Source: an uncultured Zetaproteobacteria bacterium
Lineage (GTDB): Bacteria; Pseudomonadota; Zetaproteobacteria; Mariprofundales; Mariprofundaceae
Length of the DNA: 42,029 bases
Direction of reading: 5' to 3'
Assembly (NCBI GenBank): GCA_964387725.1
Contig: CAYLYU010000001.1
Coordinates: forward strand, 2,671 to 44,699
The position numbers and the translations under genes are program-made. This document shows, piece after piece, positions 25,282 through 34,800 of this stretch; within the stretch, counting starts at the first letter, position 1, and each line of letters opens with the position of its first letter. The notes below the pieces were generated by a model. It ran no database searches and was not told the origin of the DNA. It saw nothing but the letters and a program-made list of their open reading frames with translations.

Positions 25282-28200
25282 TACTCAGCACCAACCATAT
25301 TATTCATTTCCTGAGGAACCCGGCGCTGTCGTAAATTATAGAAATCAGGCAACACCAGAACTCCACCGGGTTGAAAATCGCGATACATGCGTCCCTCGCC
25401 AAAATGCCAGGTCAGGGATATAAAACCGGTATTATCTTTGGGGGCTCTCAGGAAATGCCTGTAACCGATTCCCAACTCCCATCTGGACTGATTTGTCTGC
25501 CAGACATCCCAGGACAAGCCTGCATGCAAGCTTGGTATCTGAACGCTGTTTATACGATCATCATCAGCAAAATAATGTGTAAACTGATACCCAAGAACCA
25601 GTTGGGCGTCGCCAAGGCGTTGATCCCAGGTGGCGTGAAAGTTTACAAAATCAGGCTTACCAACCACCTTCTCATTAAATCTGATGCCGAAGCGTGTACG
25701 AAACAGGGTATCCAGCCAGGGCCGGTATGCCAGAGTCTCGGCGGCACCTAAACCGAAACGATGGTTTGCTTTGTAGGTGGTGTAAACATCGGTATCAATC
25801 CGGCCTGCAAGTCCTGCCGGCGCCTCCTGGATAACTCGGCCATTTGCCAACTGTCTTGACACGCTGTTGATACTTACGTGGCGAATAAATGCTGACAGTG
25901 AGGGCACATGATACCACTTGGGAGTAATATAACGGCGCTGCCTGACACTTCCCGCCAAGGTAGCAGACCACTCGGTATCACTCACCCCCGGAATGTTGAG
26001 CGCTCCACCAAAATTCTCCACAAACACACTTCCACCCAGACTAAAGGTAAACGGCCAGTCTGGTGAGTTGTAATAAATCCGCTCGCTTAAGCCCAGTACC
26101 TTGTCGCTGTTTTGCCGCAAACGCCCCAGAAAACCTGTTTCAAAATACATATGATCAGGTTCATCAAAAAAACGGTGTGTGAGCTCCAGTTGCCCAAATT
26201 TTGAAATGCCCGACACAGGACGATCCTCAGAAGAATTCCTCCTGCGATGGCCACTTAAGCCAATGGACCATGTGCCATCTTCCTGATCACCCAGTTCAAA
26301 TGCGTCATGCAGCTGCAAGGTATCTTGTTCTGCCGGCGAAGAGACGCGAACCGGAGCTTCCGGAATGGGGTCAAGATGCGCCGCGATCGGCCTGCGAATT
26401 GGAGTTCCTACAATCTCCTTTCCGGCAAGAACCCTTTCATAAACACGAAGCAAAGACTTCTTTTCACCCGCTGCCGGAGCGAAAGTCATCTTATGCCAAC
26501 CCGCTTTGACAAGTTGATACTTGCTGGTCACATAATTGCCTTGCCATTGATCAACGCGCAGCCATTTTGGCCCCTTCAAATTGATCACCAATGGCTCCTG
26601 CCTGGTGGAAACATGAAAGCTTCGCTCTGCTTTTTTTATCAGTGATTTTCCCTTCGCTTTTCCAGATATCTCGGTTACGCGGATACGCACAAACTGATCA
26701 CTGACAGGTGATTCGTTAACTACGGAAAGGGTGTGCCTGCCTCGGGGAACAGACAGATAGACACTCTTTCTGGAACCATTGCCGACAAGACGAATTGTTT
26801 TCCTTGCGCCCTTATCAATACGATACGCCACTTTAGCCGGGGCTGAGGCAAAGACGGGGATTTCATCCAGTCCAACATCCAGACGGAATTTCGCCTTACC
26901 CGGATTAACCATGGTCAAACGAAACCGTTGATGGCCGGGAATAATAACTTCATCTTTTGCGGTCGGAGGTAAAAATGTTTTCCTGACTCGCTGCTTCTCA
27001 CTCTCCGGTTGCCATCCTTCTAACTGAACCATACTCAAACCGGCACTTTGTTCTACCGACGCTATGGCTGACCACATGCTGTCCCGGGCAATTCTGGCCC
27101 GTACAGCACTCAAGCCATCGGCCTTGGGGTGCTGCGAAAACAAGGCCTCACTCCTTGCCAATATATGGCTGGATAGTGCGGGTTGCTGTTGTTTGATCCA
27201 AAGCAATGTCCTCATCCGACGCAACGCGTCCGCATCACTTTCACCGTATTGAACTTCCAGTAATTTATTGAATTTACCTGCGGCAAGATATTCGGATTCC
27301 TTATCCTCGACCAATCCCTTTTCTGAACTTTTTCCCTGCATGTTCAGAAATTTGTTAAATTGTGACTGCATTGCTCGTGGCTGCTGCCAGACGGCAGGCT
27401 GATGTCGTACTGAAAGATTTCCATCGATTGCGGCCATCAAGGTGTCCTTGTTCACGGGAGGCAAAACAGTAATTGGAAAATCCGGACGTTCAGCATATAC
27501 CCTGACCAGGACAGGGGAATTTCCACCGGATATTTCAATTTCATGTAGTCCCGGTCCAAAAGAGTAGTCTCCATGAACCGACCGACCCACTTTTAACTTT
27601 TCACCTACAATTTCAAAAAAGCTTGATTTAACGTTACTAAAGAAAGGCAACAGCCTCAGACTGTTTGACTCACGAATTTGCACCCATCCATCTCGAGACT
27701 GCTTTTTTCCATTCGTATAAATTGGGCGCACGGATATTCTCACCCGCGTGGAACCCGGCACCAGCAACTTGACTGGACGCGATGAAGTCGCCCGGTAGCC
27801 ATAGAAATAAAGCTCCCTCTCAATATTGTGTACAAGATTCGTCCCATCGCTGTCTACAACCAGGTTAGCCGCTTCCTTCCAGGTTCTGGGCCCTGGATAT
27901 TTACCCCACCATCTCATCCATTGGGGTATCCCGACCTTTCTGCTTGATGCATCGCCAGACTGCAATTTGGAGCGGATGCTCAAGGCGTCTGCCAGGGATG
28001 TAGCAAGTGCTTTTCCATCCTCTCCAGCCTTGCGCCAGGATACTGATGCCTGCGAATAGTCCCCATCCATCTGGGCCCGATAAGCAATCCAGAAATTACG
28101 CTCCTCTTCATTCAATGTTGGCAGCAGTTCTTCAAAAGCCCGCCACCAACCGAGTTTGTAGGCAGATTTCACCAGAGCTTCACTGGAGCGAAACTGTGAA

Positions 28201-30950
28201 GGAAGTGCCATATTAACCTTCAAAGCCATTCGGTATTCACCATTCTCCTGCAATAACCTGGCCACAGCCACAAACATTTCCGGTTTTTTTGACTTGAGAG
28301 CCTGTGTCGTCACCAGGGCCAAAAGCGGTCGGTAATCCCCTTTGCGGTTGTAATTCTCCAGCAAAAGGTCAAAAGCTTCCTGCTTCAGCTTGGCATCCGG
28401 AGAAAAGAGATAAATCGCCCTTAATGTTCGATCAGCCAAAAAAGTCTCACCCTGATTATCCAGCGCAACAATTCTTTTCAGTTCAGCTTCACGAAGCTGA
28501 TCTCCGGAAGACAAATTGGCTATTTCGCTCCAACGATCCAGAGCCAAAACCCATTGTTTATCCGCTTCTGCTTTTCTTGCCTCATTTATCAAGGAATTGA
28601 GCCTGTTAGCCGACAGGTGTTTTCTCTTTTTTTGAGGACCTCTGGACGCGGGCACGGTGGCAGAAAATATGTTTTTTTGGACTTGCAACAAACGAGCCAG
28701 AGGAAACCAGTCATTGGCAAGTTCTCGTCTGGCAATTTCCCGAACGCTAATTTTTTCCTTCTCTGTTTTATCGGCTAGCAAAACCTGGTCTTCTACAACA
28801 ATTGCATCAAGTCCCATCTTTTTAATATCCAGTCGTTTCTGTATTGCTTCGGTACCCTTTGCGTATGGGCCGGTGAGAATTCGTCTCACCTTTCCATCTT
28901 TCTTGTATACGTCTTTTACAATCACATGAAAGCCTGCCTTTTCCAGCTTATCCTTGACAGAATTTGCATTTTTAGGATCAGAAAAGGCACCTACCTGAAC
29001 GAAAAACTGAGATGCGGAGTGTTGACTGCCTGATGAGCGCGGTGTCTTAACAGGCTTACCCCCCGAAGCCACAGTTTCAAGAAAATGCTGAAATACATCC
29101 TGATCACTTCCCATATTCTGAATTGCCCGCATATAAGCAGTTTCCGACAATCGGCTTGTTGCGGAGGCCCTGTACTGCAAGGCTACACGCAGTCCTTCCC
29201 CCTGACCTTTCTTCATTAGCCTGATCACCCGTACATCGGGGGGTAAAGGCAGATCAATACTGGCTGCGTCAATTAGACGGCCTGGCGTTCTGTCGTAGGC
29301 GGAAAATGGTCCGCTAAGCGTACTGGCTTCAGATTTCCCGTACTGATCACCAATTGAATTTAGTACTGCCTCACCGCGTGACGGGGCGAATTCATCCTGG
29401 TCGACAGGAGCTTTGGGCTCGACCTGCATACTGATAGGTGGCTGACTATCATACTGCACCAGGAAATTTTGTCTTCTGGTCAACTCTCCGGATGCAACCG
29501 ATACTCGGAGAAAACTTGGTGCAAGACGTGAAGGAAGTAAATAACGCATGGCGTCTTTATCAGAGTTATCAGCAACTTCAGGAACCGGAATAAAATAACC
29601 CTCTGAAATGCCACCCATCTGGTTCCTGTGTAACTGTCCGACCAGCTCCAGAGGCTCTTCCCTACCCTGCGGCTCACGTAATCGATTTGGAACAAAAAGA
29701 TAGTATTCCCCGTGGCCTATATTTGGTTTATTTACCGGAAGCAAGTTACGATGAAAAGTATGGCGAAGGAGCAAACCGTCGGCTGAACTACGAAGATTCA
29801 TATTTGCAGATTCACCTTTGCTTGCATTAAGCATCAACATGGATCCGACAAGCGCTCCTCCGCGATGACTGTTGTCTCTCGCCAGATGCATACCTACACG
29901 TTCCAACTCCAGTGTGCTGCTGTTCGCTGATGTGGCAATCCCCTCAATTTCTTTCCGATTCAGGAACAGAGATGGTTTAACCGGCTCTGACTGGGCAAGC
30001 CCTTTTTGAACTTCAGCAGCTCGTGGGTCAGGGCTGTTTAGACCTGTGAAGAGATAATCTGTGTCCTCCTGCTCCAGTAAACGAACATATAAATCAACTG
30101 AACTCCTCAGGGTAAGCTCATGATCACCCTCAGGTATATCAATATAACCAACCGCAAGTCGGCCCATGACCGCCTGTCCCCAGCCAACGGTAAATCCTGA
30201 GGTGGTATCAGCAGACGTTTCAAATTCCAGTAAGCGCAGGAGCTGATCATCCAGGTTGGCATGCACATAATAGTGCTGTAGTAAACTCGTCTCGGTTTTG
30301 GGAAAAATAAACCGGTTCTCCAGTGCATATCGCACAGGGCCGCGTACACTGACAGAAACGGGAGTGTCCGGCTTGAACCGCCAGAATTTTACCGAGGCAT
30401 TCTGATCCCAGCGGCGAATGCTACCTGTATCGGTAGGCAGACTGACCGTATCCCGATACGGAGCAATGCTATTCAGTCGTTCATGGCGGGAAGTGAACAG
30501 GGCAACATCAATGGCGCTGTCATACTTTGTGCTTCTGCCAATTTTTGCCAGCATGGGATGGGATGATTCAGGCGAAACAAGAACAGATTTACCGTCCTTT
30601 GAAGTTTGGACAGGCACAAAGGCGTACAAACCCGTACCTTTGGATAAGGCTACTTCCACTTCACCAGGTTGCAGGAGCCCATCAGGACGAAGAACCCGCA
30701 ATCGCTCCAGACCCGGAATTCTCACTATTACAAATTGACCGGGCTCAAGATGCACTATATGCATGCCGCTTTCATGACTCGTTTCTTCGCCCGCCACCCA
30801 GGCAGGACTGCCCTCTACATTGTCCCAGCGCAATGGCACATCGTATTGCCCTTGTAAGGCCTGTTCGACCAGATCCTGTTCGGCAAACACGACATAAGGA
30901 GTCAAGCAAATTGCAAAGAAAAGCAACCGCTGGAAAAAAATACGGATCAT
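25281..30950 (-). CDS. Giant secreted envelope protein: beta-rich N-terminal region, SPOR domain, helical (TPR-like) repeats, beta-sandwich modules, probable C-terminal outer-membrane beta-barrel
   Basis: 1889 aa with signal peptide MIRIFFQRLLFFAICLTPYVVFA. SPOR-like segment FFVQVGAFSDPKNANSVKDKLEKAGFHVIVK...RILTGPYAKGTEA at nt ~28785-29018. A helical repeat region covers residues ~790-1000. The last ~300 aa show alternating beta-strand patterns (LVLGYQFTHYF, WELGIGYRHF, GFISLTWHF). Confidence 0.55.
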   Translation of the reverse strand: MIRIFFQRLLFFAICLTPYVVFAEQDLVEQALQGQYDVPLRWDNVEGSPAWVAGEETSHESGMHIVHLEPGQFVIVRIPGLERLRVLRPDGLLQPGEVEVALSKGTGLYAFVPVQTSKDGKSVLVSPESSHPMLAKIGRSTKYDSAIDVALFTSRHERLNSIAPYRDTVSLPTDTGSIRRWDQNASVKFWRFKPDTPVSVSVRGPVRYALENRFIFPKTETSLLQHYYVHANLDDQLLRLLEFETSADTTSGFTVGWGQAVMGRLAVGYIDIPEGDHELTLRSSVDLYVRLLEQEDTDYLFTGLNSPDPRAAEVQKGLAQSEPVKPSLFLNRKEIEGIATSANSSTLELERVGMHLARDNSHRGGALVGSMLMLNASKGESANMNLRSSADGLLLRHTFHRNLLPVNKPNIGHGEYYLFVPNRLREPQGREEPLELVGQLHRNQMGGISEGYFIPVPEVADNSDKDAMRYLLPSRLAPSFLRVSVASGELTRRQNFLVQYDSQPPISMQVEPKAPVDQDEFAPSRGEAVLNSIGDQYGKSEASTLSGPFSAYDRTPGRLIDAASIDLPLPPDVRVIRLMKKGQGEGLRVALQYRASATSRLSETAYMRAIQNMGSDQDVFQHFLETVASGGKPVKTPRSSGSQHSASQFFVQVGAFSDPKNANSVKDKLEKAGFHVIVKDVYKKDGKVRRILTGPYAKGTEAIQKRLDIKKMGLDAIVVEDQVLLADKTEKEKISVREIARRELANDWFPLARLLQVQKNIFSATVPASRGPQKKRKHLSANRLNSLINEARKAEADKQWVLALDRWSEIANLSSGDQLREAELKRIVALDNQGETFLADRTLRAIYLFSPDAKLKQEAFDLLLENYNRKGDYRPLLALVTTQALKSKKPEMFVAVARLLQENGEYRMALKVNMALPSQFRSSEALVKSAYKLGWWRAFEELLPTLNEEERNFWIAYRAQMDGDYSQASVSWRKAGEDGKALATSLADALSIRSKLQSGDASSRKVGIPQWMRWWGKYPGPRTWKEAANLVVDSDGTNLVHNIERELYFYGYRATSSRPVKLLVPGSTRVRISVRPIYTNGKKQSRDGWVQIRESNSLRLLPFFSNVKSSFFEIVGEKLKVGRSVHGDYSFGPGLHEIEISGGNSPVLVRVYAERPDFPITVLPPVNKDTLMAAIDGNLSVRHQPAVWQQPRAMQSQFNKFLNMQGKSSEKGLVEDKESEYLAAGKFNKLLEVQYGESDADALRRMRTLLWIKQQQPALSSHILARSEALFSQHPKADGLSAVRARIARDSMWSAIASVEQSAGLSMVQLEGWQPESEKQRVRKTFLPPTAKDEVIIPGHQRFRLTMVNPGKAKFRLDVGLDEIPVFASAPAKVAYRIDKGARKTIRLVGNGSRKSVYLSVPRGRHTLSVVNESPVSDQFVRIRVTEISGKAKGKSLIKKAERSFHVSTRQEPLVINLKGPKWLRVDQWQGNYVTSKYQLVKAGWHKMTFAPAAGEKKSLLRVYERVLAGKEIVGTPIRRPIAAHLDPIPEAPVRVSSPAEQDTLQLHDAFELGDQEDGTWSIGLSGHRRRNSSEDRPVSGISKFGQLELTHRFFDEPDHMYFETGFLGRLRQNSDKVLGLSERIYYNSPDWPFTFSLGGSVFVENFGGALNIPGVSDTEWSATLAGSVRQRRYITPKWYHVPSLSAFIRHVSINSVSRQLANGRVIQEAPAGLAGRIDTDVYTTYKANHRFGLGAAETLAYRPWLDTLFRTRFGIRFNEKVVGKPDFVNFHATWDQRLGDAQLVLGYQFTHYFADDDRINSVQIPSLHAGLSWDVWQTNQSRWELGIGYRHFLRAPKDNTGFISLTWHFGEGRMYRDFQPGGVLVLPDFYNLRQRRVPQEMNNMVGAE

Positions 30951-31831
30951 GGAGCCTCCCCAACCAAACTATTGTATAAATCCCGCCGCAAGGCCTTCTC
31001 TTTGGACAAGCGGCTCCTGAGATGTTTGCTCATCTCCACATGAACAAACCCTTGAAAACCTTTCCTGCGTAGGGCGAGCGCGTTACTATTCTGCGTCGCG
31101 CCAAGCTCGCTTACCTCATGTGGGAAAAGACGCACGATACCAATCTCTTTGCCTTTCAAGCTTTCCCATATATCCATAACTGCCTGGGAAGAAACCTTAC
31201 TACCGGAGCTAACAATAATATCAGAGGTCCTTCCTGCATGGCTTGAACGCTTTTTCTGGGAAAACCCATGAAACTGGACAATATTTCCTTCCGGGTAGAC
31301 CTCGCTGAAAGCAAGCGTAAATGCCTGGAAATAGCTATTATCCTGGTGTGACATGTCGGCATTCTTGCTTTTTTTCTCCTTATCTTCGTACCTGCCGACA
31401 GTATTCCACGCTGCAGCCCTGAACTGCCCCTCAAGCATAAGTTTCCGCGCAATAACCCCGGTCTTCTCATCATAGAAACGATGTGGAGCCTGTAGTGCGA
31501 CCGGCTTACCGTGTCCATTCCGGAAAAGGTAAAATCCCCCCCCTTTCTTGCTATGTTCATGCACAACGATGAATGTCTCGTCTCGTTCGCGAATCCGGCT
31601 TAGTTCAAACCCAAGCCGGCGCCATCTTGAAGCCAGGTTTTTTCCTTCATCTCCCTGAAGAATCTTCGAAAACAGTAACTTTGCTTCCTCTACATCCTTC
31701 TCGGACGGAGAAATATAGGAGCCGCCGGCAGATTTCTTGTACATATCTTTTACCACTCCGGCAGAAGCCATAAGCGGAATACACATTGCCAGGAACAATT
31801 TTATCAATATACGTTTATTAATCGAGATCAC
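30947..31831 (-). CDS. Secreted PghP-like (poly-gamma-glutamate hydrolase family-like) zinc amidohydrolase candidate
   Basis: 294 aa with a GTG start and a signal peptide (ILIKLFLAMCIPLMASA). Its motif layout matches my recollection of phage PghP/PF05908: APHRFYDE (H-x4-E; His codon at 31481-31483), VQFHGF, LGATQNSNA, FVHVEMSKHLR. Confidence 0.5.
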   Translation of the reverse strand: MISINKRILIKLFLAMCIPLMASAGVVKDMYKKSAGGSYISPSEKDVEEAKLLFSKILQGDEGKNLASRWRRLGFELSRIRERDETFIVVHEHSKKGGGFYLFRNGHGKPVALQAPHRFYDEKTGVIARKLMLEGQFRAAAWNTVGRYEDKEKKSKNADMSHQDNSYFQAFTLAFSEVYPEGNIVQFHGFSQKKRSSHAGRTSDIIVSSGSKVSSQAVMDIWESLKGKEIGIVRLFPHEVSELGATQNSNALALRRKGFQGFVHVEMSKHLRSRLSKEKALRRDLYNSLVGEAP

Positions 31832-34800
31832 CGGAACCTCTCATCTCCTGTTCAATAAATCGTTGTTTGAACACACCCGGGTTTACTTTGGCCAGGAGAA
31901 GATAACTCCCCTTCACTGGCCCACCTTCAGCTACGATATCGATACGATACCTTCCAGGCGCAAGATCTGCCCTGAAAGGAATAAAGAATGCCTGGCCTGA
32001 ATCAACTGATTTCTTTCTGGTGTTCAGAATCGGTACCGTAACACCCCCTCCAGCCTTAATATCGAAGTCTCGATGGGTAAAGGTCCAGCCGTCATGGGGC
32101 ACGTAGTGCTCTCTACCAACGGGCGTGATGTTGACACGAATCCTGGCACGCCCGGAAGTATGCATTGGCTGGTACAGCCTGGCCGAGAACACTTCATTTC
32201 CCCACTTATCCTTGTCATAAATAAAGCTCAGCTTTCCCTGATCAAAACGGTGCGCAAGTCTCTTCACAAAAGCGATATTTCTTCCCTTTGCCGAATAGTT
32301 GATGAAATAATCAACTCCTTCCGGAGCATTTAATACAAATTGATGATCGCCTGAACGGATGGGAGGCAATCGCACTTCGCCACGTCTTCCAGATATACTG
32401 CCCTCATAGTAAAAGCGGTTATCCGCCATGATTCGAAAATGAATTGGCTTCTCATCCTGGCGCAGGTAAATGAGTGAAGGGCGAACCAAATCTGCATCGC
32501 TTACAAATTTAAGGTCTGATGGCTTCCCAGGTACGAGAGGACGATAAAACGCCTTCAGCGCCTCTTTACGAGCCGGCAGAACACTTTCCCGCTTAGCGAG
32601 CAACCAACGTGCACCGGGTTGAGCCTCCGGTTGAAAATCCTGCCACAGATACCGTCCGGCGAGCAGGTCATCAATTTCACTTTTTTGCCTTGGCCTGACC
32701 TGGATCAGAAGCAAAGGCGTGCTGTTTCCCTTGATTAAACCCGAGTAGTTGGTGGGCTGAAGGCTATACCATGTCGGTCGCCGATCCTGCAGGGCAAAAA
32801 TATCCGACATATCGTAATATTCCGGCACCAGCGTTTTTCTGATCATGCCATAGGGACGATTATATCCGGTAGCTACAACGGGACATTCAGACTCAAGCTG
32901 CATCTTGGCGGAACGGGCGGGAAGCGAGAAAAAATATTTCCTGGGTTCGGATATATTCAGGTTCTCCCAATTGCCGGTCAGACGATCATATTGTGACGGT
33001 GTTGAATTCGTTATCAGCGTCTTTGATCGAATCAGCTTGCCCTTGGCATCCAAAATCCTGTACTCAACCTCACAGGGCCCTGAAGGCATGGCTGTTAAAG
33101 TCTCGATGCCATTATTGGCTGGAAACCAGCTTGAAGCCGCATCCTTGCTTTTAAATACACCACCACCAGCAGTAGCAGCATACAACATATCCGGATCAGA
33201 CGGGTTTATCAGTATATCGTTAATGATAAGGTGGGTCAGACCTTCGCTTGCCAACCGCCAGTTCCTACCCGCATTTGTACTTTTAAATATTCCCAGACGG
33301 GTTCCGGCATAGAGAATGTCCGAATTGCCGGGATCAATAGTCAGGGCCTGTACCGTTGTGTCAGGCAAACCCTTGCTTGTCAGGATCCAGCTTTGCGCCC
33401 CATCTGTGCTCTTGAAAACACCGCCCCCGATTGAATCGGTACCCACATACAGGGTTTCCGGAGTACTTTTATCTATGGTTAGACTGAAGATCATTTTGTT
33501 GGTAATGCCAGAGTCAGAAGCAACCCAGTTTATGCCACCATCAATACTCTTCAGTAGCCCATCATGAGTACCGGCATACACGGTATTTGAAATTGAAGGA
33601 TGAACCGCCACGGCCTTGACTGAAACCTCGGGTAAACCTCTGCTTGCCTTATTCCAGCTTTTTCCACCGTCCAGACTCTTGAAAATTCCGCGTGTCTCGG
33701 TCCCTGCATACAATATATTGGTCAAGGTGGAATCAATATCCAGATCAAGGATGTTGACTATAGCCATATCGTCATTGGCCTCAATCCAGTTGGCACCTTC
33801 ATCAAGGCTCTTGAACACACCCCTGTTGTTGGTTCCGGCGTACAGGAAGACTTCTTCAGGCGTTTCCCCGGATATTTCTTTTCTGTGATCAATCGCCAGC
33901 TTGTAAAGCTGGCTTAATCGATCTGAGTCTGCATAGGCTACAAACCACCGGGCCCCACCATCCAGGCTTTTATAAATCCGGCGACCGGAAGGCGACTTGA
34001 TGCTGGCGTAGAGTTTGTTTGAATCCAGCGGATCCATAATGATGTCATACACCACAGCATCCCTTGGCAATAACCTGCGAAGATCCAGTCGCATGGGGGT
34101 GGTAGACTTTCTCAGGTGGGAAACGTCGAATTCAATGCTATTTCCCGTCACAAGGTAAGTTCGAATAAGGGCGGGATCCGGTGTAATTTCCTCTTCCTTC
34201 TTCCCTTTAATGACGATGGCCCTGACTGCTCCCGCATGTGAGGCAACAATCTCAAGCAACCCGTCTTTATAGTCTTGAGTAAAATTGGTCTTGCCTAAAT
34301 CCCAGTCGATCCTGTGTGAAATGCGGTTCACACCCCCGCGGCCATGCCAATTAACAACAATGTTCCTCAGGCCAGGGTCTACTTCCCTCTCTCCTACAGC
34401 TTCAAACTCCAGACGAATGCGGGCCCCACCAAGAGGCACGGGAATGATGCCACGAAAATCAGCAGAAAAATAAAGACCGGCCGGCGGCACGGGGGCATCT
34501 ACAATATCGCCTTCAATTTCGCGGAAGGAATAAAGCATTCTGCTTACATAAGCCTGGTTTATGATACCGGTCGGGCCTATACCACTCCATTTGTTCCTGA
34601 TGAGGTTTCTCTTTTCCTCATCGGTTAACAGGCCGTGTTCATATATATTACCTTTCGCCATAGCCTCCTTCTGGTTTTCATTCAACCGATTCCAGAACAG
34701 GCCATATTTGCTCTCAGGCAGCAAATCATGCTGATATGTCCGAAGCACAACATCTCGTATGCCGGGATCCATGGACAGTACCCTGACCCTCACCGCACTC

